Shown: piece by piece, positions 9,355 through 18,484 of the stretch
Layout: every line of letters begins with the position of its first letter
How positions within the stretch are numbered: position 1 is the first letter of the stretch
IMG/VR virus record: IMGVR_UViG_3300005336_000019
Location: 1-64,000 of that record
Source of the DNA: a virus
Taxonomy: Duplodnaviria > Caudoviricetes
Length of the DNA stretch: 64,000 nt
Direction: 5' to 3' (one strand)
Position numbers and translations under genes: made by a program
The notes under the pieces: model-generated
Seen by the model: only the letters and a program-made list of their open reading frames with translations
What the model was told of the DNA's origin: nothing
Databases searched by the model: none

Positions 9355-9663
9355 ATGGCCGAGCTGACCCGCGACACCACGCACTACATCGTCCACTCCA
9401 CGGTCGTCGACCCGGGACCGAACTCCACCTTCGGTACATCGGCACCGATCTCCGGCCCGCACGCCCTGGAGCGGGCGGTCAAGGCCGCGCACGAGGAACT
9501 GAAGGGGCGGCGCCGGGCCTTCGTCACGGCCCGGGATGACGCTTCCCGGATCCTCGCCGTGATCCCGGTCGTGGACTACCCGGTGTTCGGTGACACCCAC
9601 GTCCCCGAGCACGCACAGGACGTCCTCCGGGGCCTGTTCGACGACCTGGACTGGACGGTCTGA
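9355..9663 (+). CDS. hypothetical protein
   Basis: RBS GAGGAG. Confidence 0.8.
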   Translation: MAELTRDTTHYIVHSTVVDPGPNSTFGTSAPISGPHALERAVKAAHEELKGRRRAFVTARDDASRILAVIPVVDYPVFGDTHVPEHAQDVLRGLFDDLDWTV

Positions 9664-9734
9664 CACGGACGAAACCGGGCCCCTGGGAAGGGCTCCCGGT
9701 AGGCGGAACAGGACCGCCCTGACGAGTCCCGTCA
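9661..9734 (+). ncRNA. type II hammerhead ribozyme HH1 (cleavage after GUA, 9701)
   Basis: GGAC-GAAA-stem III CCGGG/CCCGG-UA-stem I GGCGG/CCGCC-CUGACGA-GUCC; all core residues present. Confidence 0.92.
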
Positions 9735-9754
9735 GCACGGAAAGGGAGAAGAAC

Positions 9755-10108
9755 ATGCCGGTGAGCTACGCCTTCAAGAAGCCCGACGGGACCGATCAGG
9801 ACCCGGCCGCCGACCTGAGCCCGGTGCAGCAGGCGTTCCTGGTGCTGAACGAGATGGGAATCGGGATCCCCCGGCTCGACCGCTCCACGCTGGACGAGTT
9901 CGTGCGGCGTGCGGACCTGTTGCAGGCGTACGTCGGCATCGTGTGGCGCAACGGTGACGGAACGCCCCGGATCTTCACCCGGGCGGACTTCACCGAGCTG
10001 CTGCCCGGCGCCCGGACGAACTGGACGGCCCGCAGCAAGCGGGACTTCGACCAGGCCATGAAGAAGGAGATCGACGCGTACTGGAACAGCGTCGACAGTC
10101 GGAAGTGA
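9755..10108 (+). CDS. hypothetical protein (paralog of 18129-18464)
   Basis: Shared GI.R.D..T.DEFVRRADL...Y.G. Confidence 0.85.
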   Translation: MPVSYAFKKPDGTDQDPAADLSPVQQAFLVLNEMGIGIPRLDRSTLDEFVRRADLLQAYVGIVWRNGDGTPRIFTRADFTELLPGARTNWTARSKRDFDQAMKKEIDAYWNSVDSRK

Positions 10109-10117
10109 GGGACGCCT

Positions 10118-10420
10118 GTGGTGGCGGACGAGAAGGGTGACGAGTACGAGGAGACGGCGATCGGCTACGCCATCGGCGTCCTCACGTACATGCAGAACGG
10201 CGGGAAGCTGTCGAGCATCGAGGCGACCGCCTCGGAGATCGTCCGGCTGGCCGGTCGGGAGCTGGCGCAGAAGATGCCGGGCCCGGAGAAGGCCCGAGTG
10301 CTGATGGAGTCCGTCGAGGAGATGCGGCTCCGGCACAACAACCTGAACGCCGACGAGGTGTTCGAGGACATGATGGCGCAGGCGCGGAACGCCGGGCGCC
10401 TTCGGAGCGAGGGGAAGTAG
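10118..10420 (+). CDS. hypothetical protein
   Basis: ORF tiling. Confidence 0.8.
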   Translation: MVADEKGDEYEETAIGYAIGVLTYMQNGGKLSSIEATASEIVRLAGRELAQKMPGPEKARVLMESVEEMRLRHNNLNADEVFEDMMAQARNAGRLRSEGK

Positions 10421-10423
10421 AAC

Positions 10424-10870
10424 GTGGACAGCTTCAGGAACGTGGCCGCCGACGTGGTGACGGCGCACGAGAGCGGGACCTACCGGGCGGGCGCCAACCC
10501 GGCGGCCGATCACGTGGTCGAGGTGATCGGGAAGTACGGCAAGTGGGCGGTGCTCGCCGCCGCCGAGCTGATCAAGGATGACCCGGACACCTTCGAGGAC
10601 ATCCCGGCCGACAAGGTCATGGAGTTCATGGAGGAGAACTACCTGCACTCCGGGGCCACCGTCGGCCACGCGCTGGAGACCTACGCCAAGGACGCCGGGG
10701 ACCACACCGAGCTGGGCCGCCTGTACAACGCGCTCGACAAGGCGGGCGGCGTGGACCGCTTCGACTGGGGCTCGTACGCCGACGACGGCATGACCCCGAC
10801 GATCGGCCTGCACTTCGTCGTGATGCCGGTCCCGGCGGGCGAGTCCGGCACGTTCATCTTCGGGAGCTGA
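10424..10870 (+). CDS. possible ArdA-like C-terminal domain protein
   Basis: FMEENYL...RFDWGSYADD...FIFG resembles the ArdA C-terminal YIDYE.YARD...VF. Confidence 0.45.
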   Translation: MDSFRNVAADVVTAHESGTYRAGANPAADHVVEVIGKYGKWAVLAAAELIKDDPDTFEDIPADKVMEFMEENYLHSGATVGHALETYAKDAGDHTELGRLYNALDKAGGVDRFDWGSYADDGMTPTIGLHFVVMPVPAGESGTFIFGS

Positions 10871-10874
10871 TCAA

Positions 10875-11282
10875 GTGAACGACCTGCTGGACTGGTGGAC
10901 GGTTCCGGGTGCCCGGTGGGGCGTCCGGAACATGGACTTCAAGGTCGAGCTGAAGCGGGACGGGGTGGCCAGCCCGGTCCTGCTGGAGGGATACAGCGAG
11001 GAAGACCTGGCCGCGTTCGACGGCGGGGACTGGCAGTTCGTCATCGTCCGGGTGGTGCCCGTCGACCGGGACCTCACGGACCTGGTGAGCGCCGAACGCT
11101 TCATCCGGGGTGTGGACTGGGGCGACCTGCCGCAGGGCCGCATCGACCGGGAGGACGTGACCGACGCGCAGGTGAAGGAACTGGCCATCGAGTCGGTCCG
11201 GGCTCTGCGCGGCTTCGGGGTCACCGTCGACACGGAGCGGGACAGCGACCTCGCCATCCCGCGCATCACGGCGCCGTTCTGA
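10875..11282 (+). CDS. hypothetical protein
   Basis: ORF tiling. Confidence 0.8.
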   Translation: MNDLLDWWTVPGARWGVRNMDFKVELKRDGVASPVLLEGYSEEDLAAFDGGDWQFVIVRVVPVDRDLTDLVSAERFIRGVDWGDLPQGRIDREDVTDAQVKELAIESVRALRGFGVTVDTERDSDLAIPRITAPF

Positions 11283-11357
11283 ACGAGCCCTGCGGGGCCC
11301 TCGCTGAGGGCCCCGTGGAGTCCGGGTCAGCCCGGTGGAAACGGAAGGGAGAAGAGG

Positions 11358-11567
11358 ATGTTCACGCTGGTGCTGTGCTTCCCGAGGCAGGGGAATCGGC
11401 CTCGGTCGCAGAACTCGGTAACCGCCGGTCACGTGCCGCAGATCGGGTCCACGATCAACACGACGGGCCTGCACTCCGGTACATGGACGGTGCACCACGT
11501 CGGTCAGGACGCCGACGAGGCCACCCTGAGCAACACGGTCTACGTGTACCTGGAGGAGACGGACTGA
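11358..11567 (+). CDS. hypothetical protein
   Basis: RBS CGGAAGGGAGAAGAGG. Confidence 0.75.
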   Translation: MFTLVLCFPRQGNRPRSQNSVTAGHVPQIGSTINTTGLHSGTWTVHHVGQDADEATLSNTVYVYLEETD

Positions 11568-11911
11568 TGGGTCACCGGATCAAGGTCGAGCGGTACGGCG
11601 TCGATCACAGACTGGAGAGCAGCGAGGAGTTCAACGCACCCTCCTGGGAGGGCATCTGGCAGGCCGTCGAGGGCGAGATGGACCGCACCGGGAAAGAGCC
11701 GAGCGGGATGGAGGGCTGGGAGGAGGGCGGCTGCGTCCTGGACCCGGACCACGACTGCGAGGCGGACCCGGCCAAGTGCCAGGAGAACCTGAAGGAAGCG
11801 ATCCGGGACTGGATCAAGTCGGCCTGGGAGCACGACGAGCTGAAGACCGGCAGCTTCCACTTCGGCGGCGTGGACTGGTCGTCGATCACCTTCGGATGGG
11901 ACGGGGAGTAG
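11567..11911 (+). CDS. hypothetical protein
   Basis: TGATG overlap. Confidence 0.8.
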   Translation: MGHRIKVERYGVDHRLESSEEFNAPSWEGIWQAVEGEMDRTGKEPSGMEGWEEGGCVLDPDHDCEADPAKCQENLKEAIRDWIKSAWEHDELKTGSFHFGGVDWSSITFGWDGE

Positions 11912-11914
11912 GGC

Positions 11915-12235
11915 ATGGGCAACGAGGACAAGCTGCGCGTCAAGGAGGCGCCGACCCGGGTGGAAGGGATGCCCGTGATCAAGGGCAGCTTCCTGGGGTG
12001 GCAGCCGAACCTGGTTCTGGCGAAGACGCCGGGCTACTTCGCCTTCGTCATCACATACGACACCAGCCCCGAGCGCAACGGCGACCCGGACGCCTACAAC
12101 GTCCACCTGATGCGGGCCACGTCGCTCGACGGCCGGTGGCTGCGCATCGACAGCCGCCGGGGCCTGTTCCGGAGCGAGGCCGAGGCCGCGTTCAACGAGC
12201 ACGACAAGCTGGCCATCCGGCCGGGGAGGATCTGA
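11915..12235 (+). CDS. hypothetical protein
   Basis: RBS GGGGAG. Confidence 0.8.
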   Translation: MGNEDKLRVKEAPTRVEGMPVIKGSFLGWQPNLVLAKTPGYFAFVITYDTSPERNGDPDAYNVHLMRATSLDGRWLRIDSRRGLFRSEAEAAFNEHDKLAIRPGRI

Positions 12236-12237
12236 GC

Positions 12238-12567
12238 ATGGCAGGCATCCGCATCACCGACCGCGACGGCACGAACGTCCTGCACCCGACGGTGTGGGTC
12301 GACCCGGACGAAGTGCCGGTGATCTTCGTGATCGTGAAGTCCGGGGCGATGGCACTCGCGCACCCGGACTACATCGGCTCGACGCTGTACGACATCGAGC
12401 AGGGTGACCTCCGGATCGAGGAGGCGTGGGACTTCATCCAGGTGAAGACCGAGAAGATGCCGTTCCCCCAGCACTGCCACGTGCGCAGGCTGACCGGCAC
12501 GGGCGGCGGCGCCGAGATCGTCGTCAAGGGTCAGGTCGTGTACCGGATCAGGGGCGTGGACGAGTGA
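12238..12567 (+). CDS. hypothetical protein
   Basis: RBS GGGAGG. Confidence 0.8.
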   Translation: MAGIRITDRDGTNVLHPTVWVDPDEVPVIFVIVKSGAMALAHPDYIGSTLYDIEQGDLRIEEAWDFIQVKTEKMPFPQHCHVRRLTGTGGGAEIVVKGQVVYRIRGVDE

Positions 12568-12878
12568 GCGCCTTCGGCAGGAAGCCCGAGGAGGTCGGCA
12601 AGCGGCCCGAGCCGGGCGCGCTCGACCTGAAGTGGACGTACCTGGGGCCCTACGGCCACAGCGAGTACACCTTCGACATGTACCAGGCGGACGGGTCCGA
12701 CAACCTGTACTTCGTCGACCCGCGCCAGGACCCGCAGCCGTGGGAACTGAGGGACGGCTGCGACGACCTGGCCCTGGACAAGCAGCGCATGACCGAGCTG
12801 CGGGACACACTCACGTACCTGCTGGACAACTGGGGCAGGCCGTGGGCCCGAGAGTCCCACCCGGAAGAGGAGAAGTAA
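12564..12878 (+). CDS. hypothetical protein
   Basis: GTGA overlap. Confidence 0.75.
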   Translation: MSAFGRKPEEVGKRPEPGALDLKWTYLGPYGHSEYTFDMYQADGSDNLYFVDPRQDPQPWELRDGCDDLALDKQRMTELRDTLTYLLDNWGRPWARESHPEEEK

Positions 12879-13214
12879 GTGGCCGAGCTGATCGACATCC
12901 CCAACGTCACCTGCGGGAACGGCCTGCACATGCAGGCGCCAACCCGGGAGCCGGTGTTCCACTTCACGCAGAACGACGGCTTCCACGGGATCATCTACCT
13001 GGACGCCGTGAAGGCGTGGGCACGGGCCATGCGGGAGGACGGGGTCCCCCTGCGGGAGATGGCTCACGACCTCTACGTCCTGCTGCCGGGCAGCCGGGAG
13101 CTGATCCGCTGCACGCTGGTCGTGGCGGACGGGGAGGACGGCCCGGAGATGGAGGTCGAGGCCCTGCGGCCGACGGCCCTGGAGTCGAACACCCTGTACA
13201 CCTGCAAGATCTGA
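12879..13214 (+). CDS. hypothetical protein
   Basis: RBS GAGGAG. Confidence 0.8.
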   Translation: MAELIDIPNVTCGNGLHMQAPTREPVFHFTQNDGFHGIIYLDAVKAWARAMREDGVPLREMAHDLYVLLPGSRELIRCTLVVADGEDGPEMEVEALRPTALESNTLYTCKI

Positions 13215-13287
13215 GCCGGTCGGCTTCCGGGGAGCACGGGCTTCGGTCCGTGCCCCTCGGTGGATCATCGGAACGGAGGAGAAACAG

Positions 13288-13527
13288 ATGCGGTATCGCG
13301 TGTGGACCTACCAGGACGGCGTCGCTCCGCCGGTCGTCCGGGATGCTTCCGGGCGACCGGCTTTCCCGGGCGGCCCCAACCCTGCGAAGGGGGCGCCGGG
13401 CCGGGCTTCCGCGAGGGAGGAGGCTGAAGGACTGTCGGCAGCCGTCGACAGAATCATGCAGCTCATGGAGGGCAACGGCCTGAGCGACGAGGCCGAGAAG
13501 GTCATCGTCCGGGGCAGGGCCACCTAG
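13288..13527 (+). CDS. hypothetical protein
   Basis: RBS GGAGGAG. Confidence 0.7.
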   Translation: MRYRVWTYQDGVAPPVVRDASGRPAFPGGPNPAKGAPGRASAREEAEGLSAAVDRIMQLMEGNGLSDEAEKVIVRGRAT

Positions 13528-13604
13528 GCGCTTCGGGATCACGGCGCCTACCGCACGGCACTTCCGGCACGGGGCCGCTGGGTCCTGGCCGAGGTGGTGA
13601 AGTA

Positions 13605-13877
13605 GTGGCCGGATGGGTTATGCAGATCGGCGAAGACCCTCTCAACATGGTCGTCGCGATGGACTGCTTCACGGTCATGGTCGGTGTTCAGAGCGCCCTG
13701 ATGACGGCCGGTATGCCGCAGTCGCAGGCTCTCGACGCCGCCGAAGAGGCATGGACGACCGTCGAAGAGGGTCGCAACACCTGGACCACCCAGATGGACA
13801 ACGGGGTGGCTCTGAAGGTGTATCGCATGCCGGTATACCGCACGACGGAAACCGGGAACGGAAAGGGGAAGTCATGA
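13605..13877 (+). CDS. hypothetical protein (repeat-domain family)
   Basis: Helix SALMTAG shared in kind with the neighbours. Confidence 0.75.
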   Translation: MAGWVMQIGEDPLNMVVAMDCFTVMVGVQSALMTAGMPQSQALDAAEEAWTTVEEGRNTWTTQMDNGVALKVYRMPVYRTTETGNGKGKS

Positions 13878-14359
13878 GGTACGGAATCACGGTGAACAAC
13901 GGCCGGGTGCTGAGCGGGAACACGGAGGAGGTGAAGGGTCTCATCATCGGCGTCCTGCTGGCCGCCGGGTTCAACGAGCCGGTCTCCGTGCAGGAGAAGG
14001 CGGACGAAGTGCTGCGCCGGGCCGACGCCCTGCCCTCCGACGAGGTGCAGTCGGTGAAGCTGGCCAGCATCGGCGAGATGCTGGTCTGGCGGGAGCGCGG
14101 GCGCCAGGTCCCGAACCGGGCGTACTTCGTGAAGGCCGGGGACCTCGGTCCCGCCTTCCGGGCGACAAGCGAGGCGCCGCTGGTGGCCTACCTGATGGGC
14201 ATCCTGGTCGGCAGCGAGGGCATCGGCCTGGAGCGGTCGGCCGCGCTCGCCGAGGGCGTGGCGCACTGCCTCTCGGAGGGCGGCAGCTACCCCGACCGGG
14301 TCATCACGGAACTGAAGGACGGCAGCAGCCTGCTGGCCTGGTGGGAGGACGAGAAGTGA
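13874..14359 (+). CDS. hypothetical protein, two internal domain repeats
   Basis: ATGA overlap; GVLLAAG and GILVGSEG helices. Confidence 0.8.
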   Translation: MRYGITVNNGRVLSGNTEEVKGLIIGVLLAAGFNEPVSVQEKADEVLRRADALPSDEVQSVKLASIGEMLVWRERGRQVPNRAYFVKAGDLGPAFRATSEAPLVAYLMGILVGSEGIGLERSAALAEGVAHCLSEGGSYPDRVITELKDGSSLLAWWEDEK

Positions 14360-14715
14360 CGCACCACTGGAGCTGGACGGTCCGGGTCAAGCAGGGCGAT
14401 CCGGGATACCGGGTGCACAGCACTGAGGCCCTGATGGCGGCCGTCGCGGGCGCCCTCATGGCAGAGGGCACTGATTCCCGGATGGCCGACACGTTCGCCC
14501 GGTCGGTCCGGGAACGGGCGAACGAACAGTCCCAGCAGCGCCGCATGAACCACGCCACGCCGCCGCTGGAGTACCAGCAGATCCTCGGTGCCACGAAGGT
14601 GCTGCACATCACCTCGGACGACCTCCCGGAGGACCCGGACCGGTACTGCGAGGGCCGCACCGAGTCCGGGAGCCGCTGCCCGAGGCACCTCAACCACCTC
14701 GGGGAGTGCAAGTGA
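14356..14715 (+). CDS. hypothetical protein with C-terminal C/H finger
   Basis: GALMAEG helix; CEGRTESGSRCPRHLNH. Confidence 0.8.
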   Translation: MTHHWSWTVRVKQGDPGYRVHSTEALMAAVAGALMAEGTDSRMADTFARSVRERANEQSQQRRMNHATPPLEYQQILGATKVLHITSDDLPEDPDRYCEGRTESGSRCPRHLNHLGECK

Positions 14716-14939
14716 GGTGGGGTGACGACGCCGACGAGGTCGGCGGCAAGGACCGGAGCTGGATCAACCTGGCTCCGGGGCTGGCGGTCGAGATCGAGTA
14801 CAGCTCGACCAGTTACGAGATGGCGCAGAGCGAGGAAGAGATCGAGGCGAAGCTGACCGGCCAGGTCCGCATCACCCGGGAGAAGATCTTCGCCGCCGAC
14901 TTCCTGATCGACTCGCTGACCGGGGAAGAGAAGGACTGA
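14712..14939 (+). CDS. hypothetical protein
   Basis: GTGA overlap. Confidence 0.7.
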   Translation: MRWGDDADEVGGKDRSWINLAPGLAVEIEYSSTSYEMAQSEEEIEAKLTGQVRITREKIFAADFLIDSLTGEEKD

Positions 14940-14962
14940 TCCGGCCGAGGCTGGCCGGATAC

Positions 14963-15013
14963 CGAGGGGCCCGCTTGACGGCGGGCCCCTTCGCTGTACG
15001 ATGGCCTAGGTCA
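14963..15013 (+). promoter_or_regulatory. hairpin with -35 TTGACG as its loop, -10 TACGAT, operator TGGCCTAGGTCA (15002-15013)
   Basis: GAGGGGCCCGC-TTGACG-GCGGGCCCCTT; 16-nt spacer. Confidence 0.7.
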
Positions 15014-15028
15014 AGGAAAGGGAGAAGC

Positions 15029-15487
15029 GTGAAGGCCATCGAATTCCCGGATGCGCTCCGGGAGTTGAAGATCGAAGGCGCCTCGGTGAAACCGGCCGAG
15101 GGCAAGCCAGGTTCCGGTGTGGAGCACGGCTTCATCGTCACGGGCCAGCATGGCGCCCGCATCGCCTGGCAGGTGGCCACGCAGGAGGACGGCCTGATGG
15201 CCGGTACCGGAAACCCTGCCGCCTACCCATCGGCCGTGGCCGCCGCTCCCGACAGGCTCGTCTGCGCCGACGTCGAGGCGTCCATCGCCTGCTGGATCGG
15301 CCAGAACCTCGGTGAGCACATCAGCGAGATCGTCCGGTACAGCGAGACCCGGGACCGGGGCATCCGCTACGGCCTGCGGCTCGACCTGTACAGCGGGGGC
15401 CGGGTGTTCATCCAGGCCCTGTGGATTCTGGAGCCCGGAGAGGAACCGAACCGGGACAACAAGTACCGCATGCGCAACGCGGTCTGA
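15029..15487 (+). CDS. hypothetical protein
   Basis: RBS GGAAAGGGAGAAG. Confidence 0.8.
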   Translation: MKAIEFPDALRELKIEGASVKPAEGKPGSGVEHGFIVTGQHGARIAWQVATQEDGLMAGTGNPAAYPSAVAAAPDRLVCADVEASIACWIGQNLGEHISEIVRYSETRDRGIRYGLRLDLYSGGRVFIQALWILEPGEEPNRDNKYRMRNAV

Positions 15488-15502
15488 AGAAGGAGAAGAC
15501 GG

Positions 15503-15868
15503 GTGGGCAGGGACATCAGGGTGCACAAGGGGATCTACGCCAAGGGGACCCCCAGGGAGCGGCCGTCGGCATGGATCGAGGTGTCGGTTCCGCTCCAGCT
15601 TGAAGCTCACGAGCTGGTCGACGGACTCGGCGAGAACTTCCTGCGCAACGAGACCGACGTCGACTGGAACGAGCGACCGGCCAACCTCCCGGACTCCCTG
15701 ACTCAGCAGGAGATCGTCCGCATCTACAAGGACGAGCTGATGTACTGGGGCACCAACCTGGGCACCTGGTCCGAGAGTCTGAGCACCGACGAGGCGAAGA
15801 CGGCCCGGGGCTGGCTCATGGACATCGTCCTGGCCGCCTTTCCGGAAATGCGGGGGTACCAGATATGA
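15503..15868 (+). CDS. hypothetical protein
   Basis: RBS AAGGAG. Confidence 0.8.
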   Translation: MGRDIRVHKGIYAKGTPRERPSAWIEVSVPLQLEAHELVDGLGENFLRNETDVDWNERPANLPDSLTQQEIVRIYKDELMYWGTNLGTWSESLSTDEAKTARGWLMDIVLAAFPEMRGYQI

Positions 15869-16215
15869 GCGCCCCGTCCGCAGCGGCCGTCAGCCGCTTC
15901 CTGGGGGAGCGCTTCAACCGGTCCCAGCGTGTCGGTCCCGGGCCGACTGGCGTGACAGCGGGGTTCACGGTACGCCGGGCCCTGGGTGAGGGACTGCGGC
16001 CGACGGACTGGGTGGTCGTCGAGTTCGAGCCCGGCTACCACACGATGGCCCGGTTCAGGTTCGGCGGGAATGCCGAGGGCCTGCTGAAGTACACGCAGAA
16101 GGTGCTCACGGACTACGAGCGGAACCTGAAGGCCCGGTACGACGTGAGCCGCAACGACGAGGACGGCCCGGACCAGTGGAACTGCCTGATCGTCCGGCAC
16201 AAGAAGGCATCGTGA
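15865..16215 (+). CDS. hypothetical protein
   Basis: ATGA overlap. Confidence 0.75.
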   Translation: MSAPSAAAVSRFLGERFNRSQRVGPGPTGVTAGFTVRRALGEGLRPTDWVVVEFEPGYHTMARFRFGGNAEGLLKYTQKVLTDYERNLKARYDVSRNDEDGPDQWNCLIVRHKKAS

Positions 16216-16337
16216 CGGAGCAACGCCGCTGGTGGGAAGAGGGCTGCTACTGCCCGCCCGGGGCCTGCATCTGCGGCACTCCGGCCGATCCGTTCCGGAT
16301 CGAGCCGGAAGAGACGACGGAAAGCGAGAAGGACTGA
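16212..16337 (+). CDS. small Cys-rich protein (41 aa, CYCPPGACIC)
   Basis: GTGA and TGATG overlaps on either side. Confidence 0.65.
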   Translation: MTEQRRWWEEGCYCPPGACICGTPADPFRIEPEETTESEKD

Positions 16338-16642
16338 TGGCACAGACCCACATCGGCCGCCTGGCCACCGAGTTGAAGCAGGCCGCCGCCGCACTGGAGC
16401 AGTTCGAGGAGTTCCGCTCCCCCGTCAACCAGGAGGTCGTCTCGGCCGTCTGGTTCGCCGCTGGGCAGCACGACCAGCACGTGAGGGTCGCGGTCCGCGA
16501 GGAGCACGGCACCTTCTACCGGGGCCGGATCACCGAGGTCGGCACCAAGGGCGGCTGGGAGGTGCTGGCCGACGACGGCGAGCTGGTTCCCAACGTGACG
16601 GCCAGCATGTTCGTCTCGCTCATGCTGGTGCAGCGCCCGTGA
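16337..16642 (+). CDS. hypothetical protein
   Basis: TGATG overlap, RBS AAGGA. Confidence 0.8.
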   Translation: MAQTHIGRLATELKQAAAALEQFEEFRSPVNQEVVSAVWFAAGQHDQHVRVAVREEHGTFYRGRITEVGTKGGWEVLADDGELVPNVTASMFVSLMLVQRP

Positions 16643-16781
16643 ACGAGGAGAGGATGCCCGAGAGAGATCCCACCGACCGCAGCAAGCCGCCGAGGAGGCA
16701 CGAGATGAGCAGCAGCGACGACGCCAAGCACACCCGCCCACTGGAGAAGCGCAAGGACGGCTCCAAGCCGCACCCGCAGTC

Positions 16782-17218
16782 GTGAACTCCGCCGACAGGG
16801 CGAAGGAGTTCGATGCGCTGTGGCGGGAATCCATCGCCCGAGCTGGGCGAAGACCGGACTGGAACGACCTGAGCCTGATCGAGCAGCAGGCGATGTCGTC
16901 GGAGTTCCGGACCGAGATGGACCGGTACGGGGACGAGGATCCCACCGCCGAGAACCGGACGAGGACCGGGCTGTACGCCTCGCCGACGAGTTCGAGGCAT
17001 CCTGGCTGACCTCCTGGCTGAACGCCGGGAGCCGCACGACCACCCTCTCGGGCCGCCTGGCGGGCCGCTGGGGTGACGACTACCGCAACGCACGGGACCG
17101 GGAACAAGGAGAAGATCACGATGGGTGCACGCATCACGACCCCACTCAAGGGAGTCCGGAAGACGTCGGCGTGGCCGTACGCGGAGATGCCGCAGAGCAA
17201 GAAGCCCCGTGCCCGTAA
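16782..17218 (+). pseudogene. hypothetical gene with an apparent 1-nt frameshift near 16978
   Basis: Coding-like GC3 frame switches at TACGCC-TCGCCG; adding one C gives ...GLYALADEFEASWL... Confidence 0.5.
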
Positions 17219-17663
17219 GGGCGGCTGGATCCTGGCGATGTCCATCGAGCCGGAGCTGAGCGGGCTGGTCACGTTCTACCCGGAGGGGACCGACTTCCCG
17301 GTCCCGATGGAGGACCACACCAGCAAGCGCCAGATCCTGCACATCGACAACGGCTCGATCTGGGGCAAGAAGATCACGACCCGCCCCTTCTACCAGGTCG
17401 ACGACAGCAACCAGTGCGAGCGGTTCGCCACCACGTTCTGCTCCCTCGGCTACACCACGAACGAGAAGCTGCTGCCGCACCAGGGCGGCGCCTTCTGGGC
17501 CTTCAACTGGTCCTCGCTCACGGTCGCCACGGTGCACATCGCCTCGCAGGTCGCCGACCACTACTTCAACGACCGGTACGACGAGGCGTGGGCCGTCGGC
17601 AAGGCGTTCGGCGACCAGATCCACGCCGCCGAGAACGCCCACTGGGAAGCCCAGGGGAAGTGA
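17121..17663 (+). CDS. hypothetical protein
   Basis: RBS AAGGAG. Confidence 0.85.
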   Translation: MGARITTPLKGVRKTSAWPYAEMPQSKKPRARKGGWILAMSIEPELSGLVTFYPEGTDFPVPMEDHTSKRQILHIDNGSIWGKKITTRPFYQVDDSNQCERFATTFCSLGYTTNEKLLPHQGGAFWAFNWSSLTVATVHIASQVADHYFNDRYDEAWAVGKAFGDQIHAAENAHWEAQGK

Positions 17664-17667
17664 CCCG

Positions 17668-18045
17668 ATGGTGATGGTCAGCGATCCGGGCACGGTGCAG
17701 ATCCCGCGCTCGGGGACGAACGTCGGCCGGGTCGAGGAGTGGTCCGGCCACCCCGGTACCTGGGACGGCTGGGCCGACATCCCGGGGGCTCCGACCGAGG
17801 AGCTGGTCTGCAACGGCGGCAGCCGGGACTGGTGCCGGTACATGGTCACGAGGCGGTACCTGGACCACCTGCTCGACGAGCTGGGCGGCGCCACCCACTG
17901 GGGGCATGACCGGGACGCGGAGTTCACCGAGAAGTCCCGGATGGTCTCGCACTGCCTGGTCTTCATGAGCGAACTCCTGGCGGCGCACTACCAGGAGATC
18001 CGGCGGGACCGCATGCGGGTTCGCCGGGAGGTACAGCAGGGCTGA
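17668..18045 (+). CDS. hypothetical protein
   Basis: ORF tiling. Confidence 0.75.
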   Translation: MVMVSDPGTVQIPRSGTNVGRVEEWSGHPGTWDGWADIPGAPTEELVCNGGSRDWCRYMVTRRYLDHLLDELGGATHWGHDRDAEFTEKSRMVSHCLVFMSELLAAHYQEIRRDRMRVRREVQQG

Positions 18046-18128
18046 TCCGGCTTCGGCTCGGCGGCGCACGGGCTCTGGTCCGTGCGTCTGCCGTACTGCC
18101 GCCGGGCAGGGAATCGGAAGGGGAAGAG

Positions 18129-18464
18129 ATGCGAGCGTACTTCGAGACCAGCAACGGCGAGACGATCCCGCTGCCGGATCCAATGAGCCCCGAGCAGTCG
18201 GCCATCGTGTACCTCACGGGTGGAACCGGCATCCGCCGGATCGACGACGAGACGATCGACGAGTTCGTACGTCGGGCCGATCTGTACGACACGTACATCG
18301 GCGGGATCAACCTGCTGGAGATCGGGACCGGCAAGCGTGTTCCGATCACTCGCCAGGTCATCACCGAGGCGATGGCCGGTCACCCGGTGCTCTGGACGAA
18401 CGCTGGGCTCATGACCCCGGAATCGTTCGACCGCATGATCCGCGTCGCCAAGTCGGCGCTGTAG
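18129..18464 (+). CDS. hypothetical protein (paralog of 9755-10108)
   Basis: DEFVRRADL motif. Confidence 0.85.
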   Translation: MRAYFETSNGETIPLPDPMSPEQSAIVYLTGGTGIRRIDDETIDEFVRRADLYDTYIGGINLLEIGTGKRVPITRQVITEAMAGHPVLWTNAGLMTPESFDRMIRVAKSAL

Positions 18465-18484
18465 ACCAGGAGAGGGGAAGAGCG

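Noticed and set aside
16250-16265. Suspected frameshift in the small Cys-rich gene
   Set aside because: A recount of the G run shows the ORF 16212-16337 is in frame.
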